The notes under the pieces were generated by a model that saw only the letters and a program-made list of their open reading frames with translations, did not search any database and had not been told where the DNA came from. Below are positions 10,941 to 17,844 of a stretch of 32,000 nucleotides of DNA, piece by piece. Within the stretch, counting starts at the first letter, position 1, and every line of letters starts with the position of its first letter. The position numbers and the translations under genes were made by a program. Source of the DNA: Paraburkholderia sp. BCC1886 (GTDB lineage Bacteria; Pseudomonadota; Gammaproteobacteria; Burkholderiales; Burkholderiaceae); NCBI RefSeq assembly GCF_900996245.1, contig NZ_CAAJGK010000107.1, forward strand, positions 196,824-228,823, written 5' to 3'.

Positions 10941-11291
10941 CTAGTCAGTCTTGGGTATCTTTCGCAAGGGAACGAAATGCTCGCCGTCATAAGCGTTGGT
11001 AACAGCATGTCCGTCACTCTTTCGCATTCGCACGAAAAAGAGTGTTGGTGAAGTATTGGTTGCGCCGCCACATTCCGCTGAATGATTTTCGCGGACGCGC
11101 ACCTCGTAACTCTTGCCTTGGTCGAACGTATCGAAGAAGAGGCATTCGGTCCTGTCCGTCGAGAGCTGATATTTAGTAACCAGCTTTGAGGCTAGTAACG
11201 CTGCTGCATTGTCGTCCGGCACCGCCAGCGGTTTTGCGCAGGCTGACGCGCAGGTAACAAGGAGCGCAACTGCAACCGTCCATCGGGTCAT
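10941..11291 (-). CDS. Small exported protein (signal peptide or lipoprotein), candidate cognate partner/immunity of the upstream GH73 hydrolase
   Basis: The N-terminus 'MTRWTVAVALLVTCASACAKP' is a signal peptide with possible lipobox Cys. Its ATG overlaps the stop of the GH73 gene (ATGA at 11288-11291). I recognise no domain. Confidence 0.6.
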   Translation of the reverse strand: MTRWTVAVALLVTCASACAKPLAVPDDNAAALLASKLVTKYQLSTDRTECLFFDTFDQGKSYEVRVRENHSAECGGATNTSPTLFFVRMRKSDGHAVTNAYDGEHFVPLRKIPKTD

Positions 11292-11791
11292 TGCGATTGC
11301 CCCGCATCGTACTGGTCGAGATTGTGCGCGCGGATTATGGCATTCAGTTTCGTTGCGTAGTGCTGGTCAGTCGCATAGCCGCCGTGCTGAAGCGCAATAG
11401 CGCACTTGCTGGCACTCCGTTGCGTGTAGCAAACCCGGAATTTCGGGTTGCTGCTGATGGTCCGGGCGTAATCGTCTGCGGCATCATCAAAACCTGTGTA
11501 TGCGCGGAACGTTCCCTGTATCTGTACGGACGCCCCATTCAGAATTTCGTGCGTGGTGAACGTCGCTGAACTTCCGTCCGGTGCGCGCCCCTTCACGCCG
11601 AAATAAGCGTTGCCAACTACGCGGCGTCCCCAGTTCGTTTCCAGCGCAGATTGCGCGAGGACGATTCCCGCCGGGATGCCAAATCGCCGCTGGATCGCTT
11701 GCGCCTTGGCAAGATGATCGGCAATAAACGCGGTTACGTAAGCCGGTGAAGACGGTGCTGCCTTGGATTTATGTGCGTGGTGTTCAGGCAT
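11288..11791 (-). CDS. GH73 family peptidoglycan hydrolase (FlgJ-type N-acetylglucosaminidase domain), no signal peptide
   Basis: 'GIVLAQSALETNWG...NAYFGVKG...FRAYTGFDDAADDYARTISSNPKF...GGYATDQHYATKLNAII' matches the glucosaminidase/GH73 pattern, including the catalytic Glu context. The start is set at the ATG at 11791 ('MPEHHAHK'), giving 167 aa. Confidence 0.8.
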   Translation of the reverse strand: MPEHHAHKSKAAPSSPAYVTAFIADHLAKAQAIQRRFGIPAGIVLAQSALETNWGRRVVGNAYFGVKGRAPDGSSATFTTHEILNGASVQIQGTFRAYTGFDDAADDYARTISSNPKFRVCYTQRSASKCAIALQHGGYATDQHYATKLNAIIRAHNLDQYDAGQSQ

Positions 11792-11984
11792 TTGGCAATC
11801 CCACTGAAAGCAAATAATACAAAGACTGTAGCAGAGCGGTTGGTTTGACGAAACTAGGCTAGCGCTCCGTTTCCCCACTTAATGCGTAGTGAATAGCTAG
11901 CCGTGCGGTACCCCAACTACATCCAAATAATTCGCTAAGGTATTTTTTTGGGCAGCTCGAATTCCGTATTTGTTTTATGCCTTG

Positions 11985-12578
11985 TTACCCCCAACAATCA
12001 CAATCTGCGCCGCAGCCTGGGGGCATTGAGCATTCATATGCAACCGGAGGATTGCTTAAATCGGTTGCCTGATACCGAACTCTGCCGCTATCAATTGGAG
12101 GTTCCCACGAATAAATAACTCCTTTGTCACGTTCGTGGCAGTGGTAACAGTGCATGTATTGATTAAATTTTTCATAAAGGAAATCATGAACTATCTGTTT
12201 AGCAAAGAACGAATTGATAGAAAACCACTCGGTTTTCCGGCCCGTACGGGGATGCCTCATCCGCTCATAGTCCCGTTCAATCATTTCATGCACAGCACCT
12301 TCTATTAACTCAATGGTGCTTGGATGTACACCATCCCTGATCTTGAAAGCACATAGCAAGGCATAGTACCGGTTCTGAGTGCCACCGGCTCTTGATCCGG
12401 GCGTGCCAATGGTCCGCCCAATCTTCGCCTCACGATCATTCCGTGTGTCCAATCCGATGTAAATCCAACCAACATTCGAGTTTTCTTGCCGGAGGCGTTC
12501 TCGTTCAACGTGCGCCTCCTTGAGATCATCATAATCGTTCTCGTCGAAGTCGTCTTCCCAATACTTATTTATTGCCAT
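11985..12578 (-). CDS. T5orf172 (GIY-YIG superfamily-like) domain protein with a Cys/His-rich C-terminus
   Basis: 'GWIYIGLD...AKIGRT...IELIEGAVHEMIERDYERM...GRKTEWFSIN' fits the T5orf172/MUG113 pattern. The N-terminus is acidic (WEDDFDENDYDD). The C-terminus reads 'HCYHCHERD...ECSMPPGCGADCDCWG'. The ATG at 12578 is preferred over the GTG at 12599. Confidence 0.65.
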   Translation of the reverse strand: MAINKYWEDDFDENDYDDLKEAHVERERLRQENSNVGWIYIGLDTRNDREAKIGRTIGTPGSRAGGTQNRYYALLCAFKIRDGVHPSTIELIEGAVHEMIERDYERMRHPRTGRKTEWFSINSFFAKQIVHDFLYEKFNQYMHCYHCHERDKGVIYSWEPPIDSGRVRYQATDLSNPPVAYECSMPPGCGADCDCWG

Positions 12579-12870
12579 TTCGATACCCCAGATTGACACG
12601 GCATATTATATCGAATGAGTTGATTATGTGAGGCTGGGACGCCCAAATGGAACATCTCTCTGGTAACTATGATCCTCGCCTTGGGCGGAAACTAAACTTT
12701 TGATTTTATACAATAATTTTAGTGTTCAAATTTTTCCAAGGCAAGCAAAGCGCCGGTTTGCTCAAATTTTTCGGGTGACCTCTAAAGAAATGGTCTCATG
12801 TTGCCGTAATGTCGGTGGGGCCAGCAGGTTCATTCAATCAACGAAAAATATTGAGATAACGAGGGAACGC

Positions 12871-13956
12871 ATGGAAGTTATGAACGGAACTACTCCGCGA
12901 ACCACAGTGCACGCAATCGGGGACCACGCTCTTCACCGCAATTTACATCAAGCGCAGACCCGTTCTGCTTTTGCCGCGTACCTACTCTGGTTTTTCCTTG
13001 GCTCTGTCGGTGCACACCTGATGTACACGCGCCGCTGGGTCATGCTCACCGCCCATTACCTGTTACTGATTCTGGTAGGTTTCGGTATTGGAATGGTCGT
13101 GCACGGTAAAGAAATTCAAAACGTATTCTTCGGATTGGCAGCAGTATGGGGCGCAATTCTGCCGTTCGGAATCTTTAGCTTCCTCGGCATGTGTATCTTG
13201 TTTGCGCAGGTGAATTACTGCAACGAAGATTCTGCGTTGCGGCTGGCTGGAATCAAGCCGAAGCTCACGCGCGTGACTGAGCGTCTAGTTATCATCGTGT
13301 CAGTCGGTGTTTTTCTGATGTTCGCTGTGATCATGTCGTATTTTCCGGACGCTGTTGTTCGAGACAGTGTGTCCACGACGCCTGACACTGTTACGGCTCC
13401 TTCGGCACAGACACCTTCGGTGCAACCATCGAGTCCTGAGGTCAGCAGCGCGCCTGCCGCGAACGTCGAGCAGGGTAATGTTCAACCCCAAGCAACTGTG
13501 GCAGAAGCGACTTCACAAGTAGCGGCGGTGGCAGAGGCAGCGCCAGCACAAGACCAGCAAGCACCGGCACTGGCACCGGCACAGCCTACGCAGGACAGCG
13601 CTACTCAATCGTTAGACCCTGCTACGGATTTGAACACAACGCCAAATCAGATGTATGGAACAAGTTTCGATTGCGGCAAAAGCCACTCACAGAATGAGTA
13701 TCTGATTTGCCACACGCCGGCACTTGCTATCGCAGACGTGAAGCTTGCTAACTCGGTAACTGCAGCTAAAAACGCAATTGCTCCGACAGACTTGGATGCT
13801 TTCAAGGATCGGATGCGTGGACAATGGAACTTCCGAGAAAAGCACTGCAATGATGTCGCTTGCTTGAATACGTGGTACCAGTATCAAACTAGTACGATGG
13901 CACTCATTGAACAAACCCGGAACGCGGCGGCTCGCGTGGATACTCCACAAAACTGA
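12871..13956 (+). CDS. Multi-pass membrane protein: N-terminal TM2 domain, Pro/Ala/Gln-rich linker, C-terminal LprI/DUF1311-like Cys domain
   Basis: The TM2 motif is 'AAYLLWFFLGSVGAHLMYTRRW'. There are 4-5 hydrophobic helices and a low-complexity linker (APSAQTPSVQPSSPEVSSAPA...). The C-terminal domain reads 'SFDCGKSHSQNEYLICHTPALAIADVKLA...RMRGQWNFREKHCNDVAC'. The start is at ATG 12871, after the RBS GAGGGA. Confidence 0.65.
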   Translation: MEVMNGTTPRTTVHAIGDHALHRNLHQAQTRSAFAAYLLWFFLGSVGAHLMYTRRWVMLTAHYLLLILVGFGIGMVVHGKEIQNVFFGLAAVWGAILPFGIFSFLGMCILFAQVNYCNEDSALRLAGIKPKLTRVTERLVIIVSVGVFLMFAVIMSYFPDAVVRDSVSTTPDTVTAPSAQTPSVQPSSPEVSSAPAANVEQGNVQPQATVAEATSQVAAVAEAAPAQDQQAPALAPAQPTQDSATQSLDPATDLNTTPNQMYGTSFDCGKSHSQNEYLICHTPALAIADVKLANSVTAAKNAIAPTDLDAFKDRMRGQWNFREKHCNDVACLNTWYQYQTSTMALIEQTRNAAARVDTPQN

Positions 13957-13985
13957 TCGTCAATCAGAGTTAGCGAAAGGCGGAC

Positions 13986-14528
13986 ATGCACACCATATTC
14001 CGGCAGGGACCCACAACGGGAGTCAGTCTAGGGCTTTATGATTTTGAAAGAGATTTCAAAAATCTATGTCACCAGCACATGCGGGAGAAACGCGCGCGGG
14101 CCTTCGCCTTCATTTTTTACAATATGAGCGATGGGCCGGTCCGAAAAGCTTTGAAGGCGGATGGATTCAAGGTGTTAAACGCCGCCTCCGGCAAAGACGT
14201 CACCATATATTATTTGCACGAAGGTGCTGAATTCCAGATGAATCAATTCAATCGGCAATTTCTGCGAGTCTTAAACATCAGGGAGCAAGCTTCGCCTCCG
14301 TGTATGGCGTTCTTTCGCGTGAGTGGCGAGTCTATCGAAGACGTTGATATAAAAACCATTGAGCCTAGCTTGCTTGATTCGCACATAATTGTGCAGCAAA
14401 TGGAGCAGCACATACGCGACTATATAAAAGCGTTGAACAGCGAAGGCGATCTGACGGGCATAACTCCTGTTCCGCTTCCGGCTCTGTTCAGGTTGATGGG
14501 GATGATGAGTCGCGCCACTCCGTACTGA
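13986..14528 (+). CDS. Hypothetical protein (180 aa), probably co-transcribed with the TM2/LprI-like gene
   Basis: The ORF lies 29 nt downstream of the previous stop, with an AAAGG RBS. I recognise no domain. It is followed by a hairpin. Confidence 0.55.
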   Translation: MHTIFRQGPTTGVSLGLYDFERDFKNLCHQHMREKRARAFAFIFYNMSDGPVRKALKADGFKVLNAASGKDVTIYYLHEGAEFQMNQFNRQFLRVLNIREQASPPCMAFFRVSGESIEDVDIKTIEPSLLDSHIIVQQMEQHIRDYIKALNSEGDLTGITPVPLPALFRLMGMMSRATPY

Positions 14529-14560
14529 CTGAAATGTAGCGATTCTGCACCGCGCAAGAG

Positions 14561-14587
14561 CCCCGCCTTGGCGGGGTTCCTCAATTT
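14561..14587 (+). terminator. Weak candidate terminator hairpin
   Basis: The stem is ccccgc / gcgggg with a 4-nt loop. It is followed by a T-poor tail (ttcctcaattt). Confidence 0.35.
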
Positions 14588-14775
14588 GAAATATCAAGTA
14601 ATCAACAACAGGGTTTTAACCTTGCCTTCAATCCAGCTAAGCGGCCTGTCGCGCCCGAATCCGCCCGCAACCGGCTCGTTCCTAGCTAGTCCCGGATGCT
14701 AGTATTTCTAGGGGCGTGTTTCCCCCGATCATCGTTCTGGTAAAGTAAACCCGTAAAAACTACACGCTACTCAAA

Positions 14776-14973
14776 ATGCCGATCAAAAAACCGGGATTCC
14801 TTCCTTTGCCGACTGGACGGCTGCCCAGCGGCGCAAGGCCTGTAGTTGGCCCCGTCATCATCACTCCTGGTAGCAAAGCAACGGCGGGTGTCATTGGTCA
14901 ACGCATGCAGCCGGTCCCGAAAGGGAATGGCGGCAATGGGAGCGGCGGCAAGTCTGGTGGCGAGAAGAAGTAG
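14776..14973 (+). CDS. Possible small Pro/Gly-rich protein (65 aa); doubtful
   Basis: An ATG ORF ending 8 nt before the GTG start of the next gene. It has no obvious RBS and a low-complexity sequence (…KGNGGNGSGGKSGGEKK). Confidence 0.25.
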   Translation: MPIKKPGFLPLPTGRLPSGARPVVGPVIITPGSKATAGVIGQRMQPVPKGNGGNGSGGKSGGEKK

Positions 14974-14981
14974 ACCCAAGC

Positions 14982-15665
14982 GTGGCAACTCGACGGGTAC
15001 GGGGCGAAATTCGCGAGTCGTCCGGACAAAAGGATGCGAGGGAGCGCGCAAAGGAGCGCACGCGTATTCACGAAAGGGAGCGCGACAACCTCGCAAAACT
15101 GCGTATATCAAATGCGGAAAACCTAGATAAATCGGTTTTGACTTACTCGGGCGCGGGGCTTGGGTTGTCGCTAGGCTTTCTCAAGGACTTCATTCCCATT
15201 CGGGAAGCCAAGCTTGCTTGGGCGCTGTATGGTTCGTGGATTGCATTCACTGTTGCGATGGTGTTGGTTATTGCTTCGTACGTCGTCAGCCAGATGGCGG
15301 TCGAAGTTCAGTTTGACCGTGCGGAACGTTATTACGAGGACCGCGAGGAAGATGCGCGCGACGAGTGGACCAAGACCGAGAAGGTCGCGCAGCATCTGAA
15401 CGGATGGATATACGCGACGGCATTTGGAGTCGGGCTGTCGCTGACGATTCTCTTTGTGTCAGTCAACTTGAATGGGGCCAACATGGCGAACAAAAGCGAG
15501 AAGGGCGGAAACTGGGCCTTTGCCCAAGATGGGGCAATCGGCACGAAGATGCAGCGAGCTGAGAAAGGTGTCACGGGCGGGAAATTGCAGCCAGTAAGTC
15601 CTGCCACACCGAAACAGCCGACGCCCCAGCCGCAAGCAGGCAATGCACCTCAGAATAAGAAGTAA
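14982..15665 (+). CDS. Three-TM membrane protein with an Arg/Glu-rich N-terminus and a Pro/Gln-rich tail, unknown function
   Basis: A GTG start is the only in-frame start before TM1. Hydrophobic segments are 'VLTYSGAGLGLSLGFL', 'LAWALYGSWIAFTVAMVLVIASYVV' and 'WIYATAFGVGLSLTILFVSV'. It lies 37 nt upstream of the DUF4263 gene on the same strand. Confidence 0.55.
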   Translation: MATRRVRGEIRESSGQKDARERAKERTRIHERERDNLAKLRISNAENLDKSVLTYSGAGLGLSLGFLKDFIPIREAKLAWALYGSWIAFTVAMVLVIASYVVSQMAVEVQFDRAERYYEDREEDARDEWTKTEKVAQHLNGWIYATAFGVGLSLTILFVSVNLNGANMANKSEKGGNWAFAQDGAIGTKMQRAEKGVTGGKLQPVSPATPKQPTPQPQAGNAPQNKK

Positions 15666-15702
15666 TGCTCTGCGACCGTAGCGCTCTACTCGGGGTATTT
15701 CG

Positions 15703-16344
15703 ATGAAACCGAGGCTGGCCTCAGAGGTTTGGGACGAGATTCGCGCGCGTGATCCTCTTCGCGACTTTTATAGCCGCTGGGATACGGTGGACGAATCCGA
15801 CATTGACGCCTTGAGTGATGCGCTGGATTCGGCTACGCGTGAAGAAGATATCCAGCAGTTCCTTCAGGCCAACCCCAAATACCTAATTCAACATCTTGGC
15901 GGGGGACATGGCCGTTGGATCATTCCGAAGCAGCGCCTTGGCGTGCAGCATGTGACGGACTTTATGATCGGAGAACGGGATTCAATGGGTTTCCGCTGGC
16001 AAGCGGTGGAGCTTGAAAGTCCATTGGCAAAGATGTTTACGAAGTCTGGCAATCCGTCTGCCCCTCTAACTCACGCGATCCGCCAGATACAGGACTGGCG
16101 CATGTGGCTCGCGGTGAATCAAAATTACGCTGCACGCGACAGGGGCGAAGACGGCCTAGGCCTCACGGAGATTCATCCGGACGTGCAAGGGTTGATTATC
16201 ATGGGGCGGCGGGCGACAGAGTCTGAAGATACTCGGCGGCTTCGTCGGCAGATAGGGCGCGATAGCAAGATTGAGATTCACACGTTTGATTATCTTATTG
16301 AATCGCTTATTGGACGTGTGAAAAGTCTCAAAAAGTCACTGTAA
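15703..16344 (+). CDS. Short DUF4263 / Shedu (SduA)-like PD-(D/E)xK nuclease-fold protein
   Basis: By-eye match to the DUF4263 pattern: 'EEDIQQFLQANPKYLI', 'HVTDFMIG...WQAVELESPLAKMFTKSGNPSAPLTHAIRQIQDW' and 'GLIIMGRR...IEIHTFDYLIE'. The usual E-x-K reads E-L-E here. Confidence 0.6.
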   Translation: MKPRLASEVWDEIRARDPLRDFYSRWDTVDESDIDALSDALDSATREEDIQQFLQANPKYLIQHLGGGHGRWIIPKQRLGVQHVTDFMIGERDSMGFRWQAVELESPLAKMFTKSGNPSAPLTHAIRQIQDWRMWLAVNQNYAARDRGEDGLGLTEIHPDVQGLIIMGRRATESEDTRRLRRQIGRDSKIEIHTFDYLIESLIGRVKSLKKSL

Positions 16345-16352
16345 CAATACCT

Positions 16353-17480
16353 CTAGAACGGAATGTCGTCGTCCATGAACGGGGGGGGTTGGGTATGGCG
16401 CGGCATTGCGTCAAATCGGCTGTGCAGATTTGCGATAATGATTTCTTGCTTTTCGCGTGAGGCCTTCCTGAAAAGCGTAAGAAAATTTTTCAAAGTATTG
16501 ACTTCGAAATTAGCGCGTTTGCTGTATTTATATGCCCCATTAATAAAGCAGCTTGAAATGGCTGTCGGATTGGGTAGGAAATCTTCAAGCCTTACCTTGC
16601 GATAAATTTCCTCAAGTTTGGTTGCTATGACCGAGGCCGGAGAATGGTATTTTGCGTCTGCCTCAATGGATCTCAGTAGATTGGAGAGGCTATCTGCAAA
16701 TTCAAGATAGCTGTTCCGCTCGCCAGATGAGAAATCGCTGTCAAAATCTGTGGCAAGAATCGCACTTTTCGCTTCGGAGAATGAGCCAATTCGTCCATTC
16801 GGCTCAATCCGGCACATACAATCTAAAAGATCGCCGTGCTTGAACGCTTCAATATGCAGCTCCCGGATGATTTTCTCGAATAGTTTTCCGACAAAGTAGA
16901 CTTCGGTGCGAAAGTCATAAATCGATTCTTTGAATTCGTTGGGTAAGTCGCACCACCAATTCAAGGAAATGCTTTTGTTGTAGTCGCCATCTGAGGTTGC
17001 TTGCTTCCCAAATCCAAAATCTATTATTTTGACGACGTTGCCGGAAGTGATGAGAATGTTGCTTTCCCGGATATCGCGGTGCAATATTCCATTTTTCTCA
17101 AGATAGGCGAAACCATCTATTGTTTGTGTGAAAATATCGTTAATGTTATCTGATGATATGAGTAAGTGCGTTCCAATATCCATGCCGCTCACGTATTCCA
17201 TCAAAATATAGCCAGTATTTTGCTTGGGAAAGAGGTGATAATTGAACACCCGCACGATATTCGGATGATTCAGTAGATGGAGTAGTTTTATCTCTCGGAC
17301 GAAGAGGTCAAAGAATTGAGGGGCGTGTTCTGAATTCGCCGGTTCGTATTTTTTGCAGGCGAAGCGCTCGTTGATAACCGGATCGTGAAGTAGAACGGTG
17401 TTGCCCGTTGCGCCTTGGCCAAGGCGTTTTTCTAGCACGAAATCCTTTTGCCGCACAAATTTGACCACTTGGTTATCCAT
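16353..17480 (-). CDS. Hanks-type Ser/Thr protein kinase with an uncharacterised C-terminal domain and an SSB-like acidic C-terminal tip
   Basis: Kinase motifs present: G-loop 'LGQGATGNTV', 'FACKKY', alphaC 'FVREIKLL', catalytic loop 'HRDIRESN', and 'DFGFG'. The final residues are 'PPPFMDDDIPF-stop', verified codon by codon at 16353-16388. The ATG at 17480 ('MDNQVV') is preferred. The gene is very AT-rich. Confidence 0.85.
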   Translation of the reverse strand: MDNQVVKFVRQKDFVLEKRLGQGATGNTVLLHDPVINERFACKKYEPANSEHAPQFFDLFVREIKLLHLLNHPNIVRVFNYHLFPKQNTGYILMEYVSGMDIGTHLLISSDNINDIFTQTIDGFAYLEKNGILHRDIRESNILITSGNVVKIIDFGFGKQATSDGDYNKSISLNWWCDLPNEFKESIYDFRTEVYFVGKLFEKIIRELHIEAFKHGDLLDCMCRIEPNGRIGSFSEAKSAILATDFDSDFSSGERNSYLEFADSLSNLLRSIEADAKYHSPASVIATKLEEIYRKVRLEDFLPNPTAISSCFINGAYKYSKRANFEVNTLKNFLTLFRKASREKQEIIIANLHSRFDAMPRHTQPPPFMDDDIPF

Positions 17481-17844
17481 CTTCAGCACCCCCCGCCTCA
17501 ATACACATGTTATCCGGGTATTATCCGCTGGTTTGGCCCTAATGTGTCAGGCTCACATAGCTGCTGTCAGTACCATTGAAAGCCGGGCGAAGGTCAGTCG
17601 TGCCCGCTCCGCGCCTTGTCAGTGCTCTTTGCGTGGGAAGCATCGAAACGGTCTGCGAGAGGGCTAGCAGTTGCGGGGCGCGGGCTTCGCGCGACTAGCT
17701 GTCTTGCGCTATCAAACCCTTGCTGGCGACTGCGGCCGATGGCTAGTCAGAATTATCTAAAATGACCTGACTCCAGTCCGAAGATGGTTGGAGTGTCCGG
17801 ATTGCCTGTGAGGCTTTAGACAGGCCAGTCGATGACGAAACGAA

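Noticed and set aside
13986-14528. Possible TIR-like or thioredoxin-like fold in the 180-aa unknown ('FAFIFYNMSDGPVRKALKADGFKV')
   Set aside because: This is only a vague beta-alpha-beta resemblance. No catalytic Glu or CxxC motif is identifiable, so the call would be a guess.
14767-15111. 114-aa minus-strand ORF, plus the 14846-15130 plus-strand ORF
   Set aside because: They overlap the 5' region of the membrane-protein gene in other frames. Their Arg/Pro-rich sequences have no start-site support or recognisable motifs.
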